From assembly GCA_010093605.1 (NCBI GenBank), contig MU004183.1, positions 496,001-560,000 on the forward strand: a stretch of 64,000 nt of DNA. Reading direction: 5' to 3'. Position 1 is the stretch's first letter. Every line of letters starts with the position of its first letter. Below, piece by piece: positions 1 through 11,296 of the stretch. Below the pieces are notes generated by a model that saw only the letters and a program-made list of their open reading frames with translations, did no database searches and was not told the origin of the DNA. The stretch comes from Lophium mytilinum. Its lineage: Eukaryota. The translations under genes and the position numbers were made by a program.

Positions 1-783
1 GCATTGTCGCGCTCATTACCGCGTCAACTCTCCCAAAACTCTTGGCGATTTGGCCCACCTATTCGCCGCTCTTGCGCCATGAATAGACACTTCTACTCCA
101 GCCTAGGCTCCAACAGAATGGACGGCTTCAACCCACGCCAAGGTATGGGCTTCATCTGGGGCCTTATTGGTGCCAACGTCGCTGTCTTTGCAGCCGTCCA
201 CGCAAGCCCATCGCTATCTCAAAAGCTGACTCGAGATTTGCCTTTAAGCCTCAAGAGCGTTCGGGAAGGCAGATACTGGACGATCATCACATCCGGCTTC
301 ACACATTTCAGCGGCATGCACCTTATATTTAACATGATAGCCCTGCATGCATTCGGTCGCACCCTCGTTTACGGCGCGAGACTCCCCGTCCCTCGCCTTG
401 CCCTTTTGTCGGTTGGCTCACTTATCTCTGGAAGCGCTTTCTTCCTTGTGCACGAGAAACGACGTGAACGGCGTTTCTACAATGTTCAAGGCATCGGCGC
501 TAGTGGGATGGTCATGGGTCTTGGTGCTGCTGCTGCCTGTCTGGTCCCGATGCAGCAGATGATGGTAGTGATTGTCCCGGCGCCACTATTCGTCGTTGTC
601 GCTGGGTACTTTGCGTATGACTTTTGGTATCTCAACCAACACACTGGAACAGCCCATTCCGGCCACCTTGGAGGCATGGCGTTTGGCCTGCTCTACTACG
701 TCCTAAGCCTTCGAAAATTTGGCGGAGTTATGGGGCAGCGGATGATTAAATCGGCGCCGCCCTTCTGGCGAGGAAGGAGATAA
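1..783 (+). CDS. Rhomboid-family intramembrane serine protease (Pcp1/PARL-like); 5' end probably upstream of the window
   Basis: Motifs TSGFTHFSGMHLIFNM, GIGASG (catalytic Ser) and AHSGHLGG (catalytic His); several hydrophobic helices; frame open from base 1. Confidence 0.88.
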   Translation, partial: ALSRSLPRQLSQNSWRFGPPIRRSCAMNRHFYSSLGSNRMDGFNPRQGMGFIWGLIGANVAVFAAVHASPSLSQKLTRDLPLSLKSVREGRYWTIITSGFTHFSGMHLIFNMIALHAFGRTLVYGARLPVPRLALLSVGSLISGSAFFLVHEKRRERRFYNVQGIGASGMVMGLGAAAACLVPMQQMMVVIVPAPLFVVVAGYFAYDFWYLNQHTGTAHSGHLGGMAFGLLYYVLSLRKFGGVMGQRMIKSAPPFWRGRR

Positions 784-1676
784 ACACTAGACTCTAGATG
801 CCTAGCCGTCTCTCCTCTGGTCAACTGTGGCTCCTTTCCGTTTCTCTATTTCGGTCCAGCCATTTTCCCTTGTTTCGGTTAGAGCGCCTCACAACAGTTG
901 TCTACTACCCGTTATGTGGTATTTCGGTTTTGATATTAGGTCCTTTTTTTGATCATGGCGCTCATCTGGCTGGCTGCTATCATAACCCACTTCAGGTGTT
1001 AATTTGAATAATACTCTCTTGCTTGGGAATTGGTTTCCACTTTGGACATTTAGAGCGGCACTTACTGCACCACAAGTGCACTTTCGGGTTTCTCATCCTC
1101 CTTTTTCGTCTTTGTAAGCTGAGGGTAGAAATAAACTTGCACTTGCTAGCCCAATCATCTGCATATTTCACGTCGAGTACCTCGGATGAGTAGATAAGCC
1201 TTGGTAAAACCACAGGATAGACAGACGTCTACTCCTCTCAAGATTACGAATCTTGTCTTTAGGCCTGGGCCATAAGTTTGGGCACACTGACTTAACCCTG
1301 CTCGCTTTACTGTTACTCTCTTGATGCCAATGGGAGAGTAGCCCAGGTACTTGGTTGGCAATGAGTTGAACAGCAGTCTGATCTGCGCTGCCTGGAATTT
1401 GACACCGCGCCTAGATCTTTAAAACTTTACGGGAGTACCCCAAGCAGTGGTGAACGGGGGTGCATAGACTTCTAGCTTACCACTGTAACTGTCTTCTTGA
1501 AAGAGGTGGAATTCAAGTATAGGTTCTTGGAATAATACCCAAGTGGTTGCACGGCGGTGCGAAAGCGGGGACATCCATGCTGAAGTCTGCCAGGCGTTTA
1601 CCCCACCAATTGCCTGGATTATATCTTCAAGATTGACCTCTTCAATCCACGCCTCATCCCTATATCATATTCAGAT

Positions 1677-2687
1677 ATGTCGTCCCTCCTCTCCATCCCT
1701 CGCGAAATCCGCGACAGCATCATCGAACTTGCCCTCTCCTCCAGCCGAGAACCTTATCCAAGCATCACAGCCGCAGAACCCACCCGCTCAACCAAAATAG
1801 TCCCACACCGACCATTCTTCAAATCCTGGAGCTACGGCCGCAAGCACGTGCTCTTCGAATCCCATTCCTACCTCTCCAACAGCCTCCCCCTCCTCCTCGT
1901 AAACCACCAGCTCTCCTCCGAAACCACCTCAACCATCTCCCGCCTCTCCAAAAATGCTTCACTCCCCCACTACTCGCTCGACGTCATGTTCGTCAACGAG
2001 CTCGAACTCTGGCCCACCTGGCTCTCCGTCCCCACCGTAGCTGCGCACCTCGACCGCGTCAACGTCACCATCCGCGCCGTCGGCGTCGACCCGACCGAGC
2101 AGAACCAGTGGAAAGTGAAGGACGGGATGCCCCCACAGCTCATCTGGTGCTTCTACTACCTGCTAGAACATGTTTTGCGCCACGGCCCTCTCCCAGACAC
2201 TTACTCCCCCGCAGACAAGGACGTCAGCATCAAGCTCCTGCATCTCGACGTCGTGGGCCGGGAGAGCGGGTCCTGCGGCAATGACCACTGCGGCTGTTTC
2301 CCCGGCGTCGGCGCGGGGCGAGGGAAAGAATGGTGCCCGGCGTTCCTGGCGCGCTATCTGCGTATGTATATCGGAAGGCTCGCGAGGATGGGGTATCACG
2401 AGGCGCAGTATGGCGGCATCTTGTACGAGAGGGTTGGCGAGATTCGCATTAGTGTTATGGGAGAGGAAATGCTGCCCCGCGTCCATTTTGGAGACAGCCT
2501 AGCGGAGTTGAAGTATGTGGATCCGAGGAATACGTTTGGGCATGTTTGGCCGCGGGCGAAGAGGGTGCCGGCGTTTGAGGAGTGGAAGAGGAGTGCGTGG
2601 AGGAGGAGGGAGGAGAGGGGGTTGCCTGCCGCGAGCGAGCGGGGGCGTGAAGAGGTGGGATCTGGAGAGGGTGAATCTGAATCTTAA
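1677..2687 (+). CDS. Hypothetical protein with F-box-like N-terminus
   Basis: Intronless 336-aa ORF with strong codon bias; starts SLLSIPREIRDSIIELAL, resembling the fungal F-box-like L-x-LP-x-E-IR-x-x-I pattern. Confidence 0.72.
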   Translation: MSSLLSIPREIRDSIIELALSSSREPYPSITAAEPTRSTKIVPHRPFFKSWSYGRKHVLFESHSYLSNSLPLLLVNHQLSSETTSTISRLSKNASLPHYSLDVMFVNELELWPTWLSVPTVAAHLDRVNVTIRAVGVDPTEQNQWKVKDGMPPQLIWCFYYLLEHVLRHGPLPDTYSPADKDVSIKLLHLDVVGRESGSCGNDHCGCFPGVGAGRGKEWCPAFLARYLRMYIGRLARMGYHEAQYGGILYERVGEIRISVMGEEMLPRVHFGDSLAELKYVDPRNTFGHVWPRAKRVPAFEEWKRSAWRRREERGLPAASERGREEVGSGEGESES

Positions 2688-2962
2688 CGCTGCTCGGCAA
2701 CTAATCGTGGAGAATGGGAGATGCGTGGCTGCTGCAATGCTATGCCTTCTGGAAAGCTCAAATTGTAGACTTCTAATGGCCCGTTCATTAGATGCTCGGA
2801 GATGGTCCACATCTAGAAGAGAAATATTTACACAACCCCAAACATGCTCGAAAGTCCGTTCCTCTAAATCAGCAATAGATACCTGAATTGTCCCTCAATA
2901 AGCGCCCACTTTTGTACATCGCCATACCGAGAAGCACAAGAGTCGAGAAAGCCGATCCCTGC

Positions 2963-4404
2963 TTAGTACGCCGAGATGGCATCGAGGTACTTCTGTCCAC
3001 TCTCAGTTATGACCCCGTCAATCACTGGCTTCCACTCTTCTGCCAGACCCTCCCCAGTCGAGTACGCGTACGCGTAGACACGGTCGTCTTTCTCGAGCAG
3101 AGGAACAATGTCCGTGATGTACTGGTTAATCAGAGTCTGGTCGGTGGATGGGACCCACTGCGTCACGGTTAGCATATCTCCCTATAAATCACTCCAATTC
3201 TCAGAGAGGCTAAGTAAGCAGACTTACAGGGTTATCTTGAACACAGCTAAACTCAGTCACCCAGATGGGCAGGGCGTATTTGTCCCAGTAGTGGTCCTAA
3301 AAGAAGAGTTAGTCAAATCTACTTCCAAAATCGTCACACATAGAGGAGCCAGAAAAGGCTTACGAGATCTTTGTTCACGCCATCCATATCAACCTTGTTG
3401 ATATGAACGGTAGTAAAATCCCACGGCGTGCTTATCTTGGAGTAGAACTCCTCCAACCACGTCTCATCGGCTTGCTTGCACATCCCCGGACTCCCCAACA
3501 GCGTCTTGCCCTTCAACGGCGCGAAGTATTTCTCCCACAGCACAACCGCGGCATCCACATCCGGCATGTCGCTCGAGCCGGTGGAGCTGCAGTCCGGTTC
3601 GTAGAAACCCATGACGTAGGGAAGGTCGGTCCGCTTGACTGTCGTCTCCGTGAAGTAGTCGAAGCGTTCTTTGTCGACTGCGTCTACATGGCCATTGCCC
3701 CAGAGGATGGGGACGGGCACAGGGGCTGTGGATTCGCCGCTGTCTGTTTTGTTGGGGAAAGGGGTGTAGTCCCACCACCAGCCGAGATGGGCTTCCCAGA
3801 GGGAGTAGGCGTCGCCGCCGGACATGCCGGCCTTCTTGCCATGAGGGGTGAGGGAGGCCGAGGTGGAGGCGACGGCAGTTTTGGAGGCGGAAGTCGCAGC
3901 GGCGGCAGAAGCTTCGATGGAAGAGACTTTCGAGGAAGAGGCTTTAGTGGCAGAGGCTTTAGTAAGGTAAGCTGCGGTCGAAGAAGCTGCGGGCGAAGAA
4001 GTAATTTTCGAAGAGGCTTTAGCGGAAGATGCTTTGGCGTAGGATTTCTGAGCAGAGGGGCCTTCGGAGGTGGGAATTGCTGGTATAGAGAACACGGGAG
4101 TGTACTCAGACGAAGACACGGCCGCTACTTCACTGCTAGCAACCACAACGGGCGAAGAGCTCGCCGAGCTGGAAGTGTATGACGCCTGGACTGTCTTGGT
4201 GACGGTCTCCTGAGCTATAATAGTTGACGTTTCTATACAAGATGTATTCGAGGACCCCGCGGCACTAGCACTCGAGACTGTGGAGAAAGCTGCTGAAGAG
4301 TGGCTTTGGCCATAATGGAACTTCCGATGTCTGTCGGTAGGAAAGGCATTCCCTAGGGCGGCGGTCAGAGCCAACGTAGCTGCAACAAGGCTCTTGGAAA
4401 TCAT
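2963..4404 (-). CDS. Secreted GH128 (Asl1-like) beta-1,3-glucanase with Ser/Ala/Thr-rich linker; exons ~4404-3364, 3296-3228, 3157-2963
   Basis: Signal peptide MISKSLVAATLALTAALG and S/T/A linker. Spliced catalytic domain reads WWWDY..VPILWG..MGFYEPD..LGSP..DFTTVH..KYALPIWVTEF..DDRVYAYAY. GTAAG donors and YAG acceptors keep the frame. Confidence 0.85.
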
Positions 4405-5411
4405 GATGGCGGTAAACCGGTACCGGATCGAGAAAGAACGACTGAAGAAAGTAGAAACGAGTGTAGTTGGCACTGGGCCTAAAAATGAACAAAATGCGCA
4501 AAGAAGGAACGATAGAGAGTGTGCTTTCAGCAACGGCTGTGCAGAGGTACTTAACCATCATCTTGAGCAAAACGCCATGTTTCGCAAAGTTGTAGCCACT
4601 CCGTCCATGCTCCCCCTACAATTACGACAAACCCTGCCAGACCTCGCGTCAACCTCCTTTCTCACGGTTTGTAGCATGTCTACGGAAGGATTCGTTGCTT
4701 CTGTAGCGGAGCAACCAGCCGTCTTTCGTCAGATTCTCCCCTGGCTACCACGCCACCACGAATCGTTGAAACACTCGGTCGTCTGCAAACAAAAAGGTTA
4801 GCACTGGGCCATAGCTCAGATCCGGGAGCGCCTCGGCGGGTAAAGGGTGGCATAGGCGAAGGAGCGTGTTAAGTGGCACGGAGCTGAGGGTGCGCCGTTA
4901 GTCCCTATTAGAGGTGTTTCAGGCTCGTCTAAGGCGCCCCTCCTGGCCCACGGAACGACCGTTGACTAGTGGCCGCAGGATCCGGCCTGAGGCTCAGATT
5001 GGACAAACTCTAGAGACCTTCGAAATTGGAGTGGCCATCGGTGAAGGTTGCAAACGCTGGGTCCGTGGGCGTGCAGCAGCATCATGCAGCATGAAGATAC
5101 TTAAACACGTGTCGGTAACAATTCCGACGGTACTCGCGAATGCTACCTTGCGATTACAAGAGCAAGCACCCAATCACAAAGTGGACAAGAGAGTCATGTC
5201 CTAGCGCAGAACGGTCAGTCGGTAAATTTACAGAAATGATGTTTGAGAATGTCTTTGATTTCGCTCGTCCCGAAAGATATCGAAGTTTATACATAAGCTT
5301 CCCTAATTCAAACTCATCGATTGTCAAGGACAATCTATGATTGCATCCTACGTCAGTCCTCTCTGACTTTCTGCCCAGGCCTTAGAGCTTCGCATAGTGA
5401 TAGGATTTTCG

Positions 5412-6910
5412 TTACTCGTATCGCGTCCTTGCTCCTGGTGCCGGCCACGGTCTGTCCTCTGGTACTCCACCCCACTCTTGCCTACGTGTTTGCGGCCCTC
5501 CATCCAGCTCCTGCCTATGTACTGCGGCGCCTCCATACAACTCCCTAGGTGCCTCAACCGGTGATACTGCTGCTGGAAAAGGGTATTGCTGTTGCCCAGA
5601 AACCGAATGTCCCGCCGAAACTGAGCCAGTCATTGGAGTTGAAAAGTAGTTCCTTTGAGATACCTGCATGGATTTCCGTGAATACTCATTAGGTGGAGGT
5701 GAGGCTGATCCAGGAGTCCAGTCCGCCGAGTATTTCTTGCTGCCAGCTGGACCAGGGCCATTCTCGCTGAACTGTTCTCCGAACCTCCCCTCCACCAGCC
5801 CAGGGGCATTTTGTTGCCACATGGGGGCGGTAGTACTGTTGACTTGGGACGGTGCCGTGTGATGTACCATGGCTGGATCAGTGCCTGGCCTGGAGTTTGT
5901 GAGGGGCTGAGGTGCTGCACGATCTCGTTTCCGGTCACGGCGTTTCCAAAGGATGAAGAACATGAGGACCCCAACTGCAAGAGCACCAACACCGGCACCC
6001 GCTCCAATGCCAATCTTGGACGGTAGAGCTAGGCCTCCCTTCTTCGGTATCTTGACTTGGTATTGCATCGCGTAGACGATATTGACAATGGCGGAAGTAG
6101 GTTTCGAAGTTCCACCGGACCCGGTCGCCTTGAGAACATATGTGTCTGGCATTGGCGGTGGAGTCATTAAGGCGGCTCTCGATATTTCAGAATAGCAAGG
6201 TGTCTGGCCGTCAAACGCTGCGTTCCAGGGACTGTATTGACTACAACTTCTATTAACTGACTGGAATCCGGGAGTCAACAGCTGTAACTTACGATGGACA
6301 GCATCCATTGCCGACGGAAGTGTAATCGTCCGGGCATGTATCCAACTCAGCACCACCAGATCTCGGAATCGGGAACCCAACGGAGGCTCCTCCAGCCTGT
6401 CGGGCTTGCATTGTTTGCTGAACAGTGGGGGCCGCGGTCATGGCCGCAGCGCTGAATGCACAGCAGTCCGTCTTATCACCCACGCACCCAAGCACTGGAG
6501 CCCAATAAGCCGTAGGACCTCCATCGATCAAGGTGTAGTCTGGTGTCGCGCAATAGCCTTTCAGTACATTCCCCGAGCCAGTGTATGGCGGGATCGGCGA
6601 GTGACTCGAACTCGTATACGCAGTAGCTGTAGTGACAGCAACGAGGCTCAGGCTTGGTACTGAAGCAGTAGAAGTTGATTCGGCGGATGATGATGAGGTT
6701 GAGCCTGTCAAAGAAACTGTATCTAATTTTGGTCAGGCTTGACGCCAGAATATCCTTTGGTCAAGTGTAGAACCTACTTTGTGAACTGTCGGCTGGAGTA
6801 GCGGTTAAACTCCGATCACTGCTTGACTGCTCAATGGTGGTGGTGGTGGTGGTCCCATTTAAAGCATTCTGGCGAGGGAAACGATGTACTGGCGCTCCTC
6901 GCTCGGCCAT
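5412..6910 (-). CDS. Single-pass membrane protein with Ser/Thr-rich and Cys-rich ectodomain; exons ~6910-6778, 6722-6293, ~6249-5412
   Basis: Two GT-AG introns join ORFs 6289..6711 and 5412..6380 in frame; Cys cluster (GCVGDKTDCC..CPDDY..CCPS); TM helix IGIGAGAGVGALAVGVLMFFILW followed by KRRDRKR. Confidence 0.72.
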
Positions 6911-8731
6911 CTTCATGACTGCAATAACAGCAAGCTCGACGTATTAGAGATATAATAGCCTACAGGCACTAGTAGCCTCAAGGTATGTGATGAAGCAACA
7001 ATATGGGAAGTCAAGGACGACTCGCCCTTATGAAGCTAAATTCCAAGGGCTGAAATCCGACTCCGCCGCCCCGAAGGCTTCCATTTGGAGCTGAGAGGAG
7101 GTAAACCAATTGGGGGCGCAAAGCTGGGGACACATACAGGCTGAACACGAGATTTCGTTAGTTCGTAGGCTGCCCAGAATAGTGGCGCTGTGGCTGGGTT
7201 GAAACAGACCAACGTTTAGGTACGGCTGTATGGTCGTATACGGAAGTATTCTAAGTTTCCTAGAACAACGTTCTCAGTCACTGCTGTCACAAAATTACCG
7301 TCGCTAGTGACAGGACATGAACCCGCCAAGGAAGCTGTCGAGGAGTGTGAGTTGTCAAAGACTGTTGGCAGAAATTACCAAGAGCATCCAAGAACTCCCA
7401 AGACTATTTTCGCTAAAGGCATTGGGCCAGGCTGGACGCCTTTATGGCTGCAGAGGACGCCAAGTACGCCTGCTAGCTCTTTGGAGATCTAGGCGCCCCT
7501 TGCAGAAAGCTCAAACTTGTGATTATGTTGGACATAGTGAGTTCTGTATTTCTTCGGGAATCTAGGAAAAGATAGCAGTAGCTCTTTGAGCTCTTTGCAG
7601 CCGCCCTTTCATGATGTCTAAACTCACAGGACTGTACTGCAAACCTTGCATTTCGAAGCTGTGTAAGACATGGGCCCGTGATTTCGACCCACCTAATGCC
7701 TCCTCGAGCCTCCTCAAGTGGCTGCAGAGGGTCGAGGTGGTTGAGAAAAAGGAAAAAAGGAAAGTCCTGGTAGGAGTCAAACCAGGTCCTCCAAGGAGCA
7801 AAATGATAGGCCTCACGCCCTCTCCGAAGATCAGATTATGTGAAGCGGGCAACGAGAAACTTGAACACTCCCCCAAATGGGTAGAATTCTTAAGCCGCAC
7901 GCTTGCCCATGATTGCTGGGTAGAGGCCATATTAGCAATTATTGAAAATTACGCTGTATAAGTAACCCTAACCCAAATTCTCTCACGTCATAGTCACAAA
8001 CGCTGTCCCGGTCCGTAATATCTCCACGCTCTTGCCCTTTCCTTCTCAGACGGCGCAGTATAAGCGTAAGAAAGTTGATGCGACATGTCTGCCAGATTTG
8101 TGATGATGAGAGGAAATGCCGTAAGAGGCCTAAACAAGGAAGCGAGCATATACCGAATGCTTTACGTTTTGTCTAAGATATCGAAACTACTACGCACCAA
8201 CCGTGTTATCGACCCCGATCACACCCTTAATCGCGTCTCATACTGCTCTTCTAGTTCGATCGGCGGCATTTAGGTAGCATAGTCTCGTGAATCGCGACTC
8301 TTGAATTATACATTAAATCTCTTCAAGACGCACGTAATAGGAGAGTTCCTAGTCATGCGCGTTTTCCCACCTGCCAGACACCATCTAAAGTCTACCAAGT
8401 AGTCAAATGAAATCGGACAGTGATGTACCATATTGCAGCGCGAAAATCAAACCTTGATAAAGCACTTCTTTAGCAGCTTTGTGACTTTGTCTGAAGTCCT
8501 TACAGGGGTGGACCGGAACCGAAACTGACAGAGGTATTTGTCGTGTAAAAAGAGGTCATGACGTAGACACAACTTTCTAGCATCATAACGCCATCGGGAG
8601 GTGTCCGAAGATAGCCTCGGACTGTGCATTGAATGCCCCTCTCTCTGCGTCGTCTATTCAGCCCTTGGGAAGGATAGCCATTAGGTAGAGGAAACCAGTT
8701 GTTCCTTGACGCTAATAATAGACACAGGTCA

Positions 8732-10404
8732 TCAAGAACCATCTTTGTTCCTCTGTGTACCGCTCGTCACCACAAGCCGAAAAGGCGACTCGAAATCGCT
8801 CGCAGGCATCTCATGCACTTTCACAACTGCATCGTCCGATAATAATGCAGGGCCTTTCTGGCCGCCGAGCTCATGCCGTAGAGTCGGACCATCCAGCTCA
8901 TGCTTCTGCTCCGACATCAACTCCGCTCCATAATGCCACCTGTCCTGCTGCCACTGAGGTATCCCACCATCAAGCCTGAGCTCAGCAAGTGGCGCCTCTC
9001 TGTTTCGTCTCCCGCGCCGGCGGAAGAAGTAGACGAGGACTGCGGCCAAAAGAAGCAGTATCGCTGCCGCACCTACGCTAATACCGGCGATGGCGGCTAC
9101 CGGTAGGCCTTTGCTGTTCTGGGGCGTGGAGGTGCCGTTCGTGGTATTATGGGCGAATCCTTCTGGAGGTAAAATGGCCACAATTGTTTGCGATGGCATG
9201 TGTGACTCAAAATGAGCTTGATGAATGGAGAAGTTGGCGTGTTCGTAGTCGGCGATCACGTATGCTTCTTGAAGAAAAGCGCGTCCGAGGGTATATTGGG
9301 TATCATTTGAAGCGCGACGAAGAGGAAAATAATTAGTAGTATTGGTGTAAATCGGAGATTTTGCCTGCAGATCAAAGGCACCATATGGAAGCGATATGCT
9401 GACGGTCTCTGCGGGGTCTCCCGTATTTCCGAGGACAAACGAAATCTGAGGGTTGAGCGTCTGAAGCTTTGTATGGATAGTGTCGTTCACTAGGTAAAGG
9501 TCCGTTTTGTTGTCGTATTGGAGGCCAAATGCATTTTCGAAGGCATCGCATACTGTTCGGGAGAGCCATACTTGAGGCACAGTGGAGTCTACGAGAGATA
9601 GGATCTCGGTACTCATGAGAGACACTGTCCCCTGTAGAGTGTTTGTAGCCGTGATCCCTTGAATGCCGATACTGAGGACTCGAGAATCGTCGGCGCCGAA
9701 CGGGAACGACATTTGATTTGGATTAAATCTGGACGAGTCGTATCCGCCAAAGGTAAGGCTCCCAGGAAGCTGTGGTATTCCTATGATAGTTTAGCTCGTG
9801 GTCTGAAAATTCGAGGAAGAGCTTGTAGCTTACGGTATGAGGCGCCAGCTGTGTATCCATACGACAGAGACGGGATCTTATTCTGATCCTTCAGACTGCG
9901 CATATAAGATGGCTGCGGATAATCAAAATTCGAGAAGTTGGAAGGTTTCGGGCCCAGTCCAAAGATGCCGAGATAAAAGTCCTTCGTTGCAATACCAGCG
10001 ACAACCTGACCAGACAGAGTGGGGCCACCGGAGTTCTGAATCATGAGACCAACAGTATCAAAGCCATACATGCCACCGCCGGCATAGCCGAGTTGATGCT
10101 CAAGGCCCAGGTCGTATAGCCCTATAGATTTCCATGTCGAGGATTGGTTTGATAGGAAGCCGGAGCTTGTCTTCCCATCGTACGGGTAGACGCCGCGTAA
10201 ATTGCCGCAATCGCTGGGATCTGACGCTATGCAGCCTTCAGGCACTGGAACCCAGATTTCTTGGCCAGCGGTCGAGGGGAGGACGCGGAAGTTTTGTTCT
10301 GGAGTTCCTACGCGAATTGTAAAGGTAGACCAGCTCCCGTCGTTCCCATCCCAGGATTGAGACGCAGAGAATACGAGCGGAGCGGGGATAGTGTCGTTTC
10401 CCAT
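8732..10404 (-). CDS. Membrane-anchored aspartic-protease-like protein (peptidase A1 fold); exons 10404-9834, 9780-8732
   Basis: WDGNDGSWSTFTIRVGTPEQNFRVLPST, GIFGLG, IPSLSYGYTAGA, GSLTFGGYD (formed across the GTAAG...CATAG intron), LVDST, YTLGRAFLQEAY; C-terminal TM helix followed by RRRGRR. Confidence 0.88.
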
Positions 10405-11296
10405 AGTTTCGAAATTAAGGCAATGTTTGTTTAACTAAAAAGTGGAGAGTAAAGACAGAAGCATGTCGCGCATGGTGAGAGATGAGAGACGAGGAAGATG
10501 GAGAGAAGTTGAAGAGGATTAGGTAGGCTACCAAAGCTGCGCCCAAGCTCTGTGTACCTAGACAGTGCATAACGGTTCCTTCCCGCTAGGGTGAGATGTG
10601 TGGCCAGACCTGTTTCAATGAAACACATGGCCCCGGCCCTCATGTGGGCGCATTTGGATGTGTCCAGCAATGGACGAGGAGGAGAAGCTTTGCAACACTG
10701 CCCCTTGCACATGGAATGCAAGCCGTAGGCCAGGAACCCTTACACTAGTCGCCATAGCAGCGAATGGGGGGCCAATTGATCGTGTGTGTTCCTGTCAACC
10801 GCGGTTCCTTGCCGCAGCCTGCATGTACTGCGCACGCCAGCTGAAAGATTCTCGACACAATGGATGAGCTGCAGGAAAGGTATCTAAATAAAGATTCAAA
10901 CAACAAATACTGTAGAAGAAGATTGTGACTGGTACGCATTACCGAGAGGGTTATCAGACCGAGAATGGAGAATGGAAGGAGGTAGAGGGCTTGCCTTGGG
11001 TGAAATCGCGGCCTCCTTCGGGGAGGGAGACGAATGGGGTATAGTATAGTCTGCAGGGGTGAGTTCTGCAGGGCTCTACGCGCCGTACCTTTCTCCCGTC
11101 TGGTACTATAAAAAGCCCTGTAAGCTTTTTGTACGACATGACGCTTGTCATTCATCGCCTGTAAATGAAATGTGTGCAGGTATGACCCGGCCTCGGGACG
11201 GGTTAGCTATCTTGGTAGGCAGTGAGCAGTATGAAATGGAAGCGTAAAGTCCACCTCCTCGGTCTTGGATGCTGTCAACTCTTGTTGATACTTACA

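Noticed and set aside
3403..4182. Gly/Arg-rich ORF resembling RGG proteins
   Set aside because: Antisense reading of the GH128 Ser/Ala linker.
7300..7960. Possible gene or relic (ORFs 7562..7930, 7611..7961)
   Set aside because: Fragments look vaguely coding but no family motif or consistent exon structure was found.
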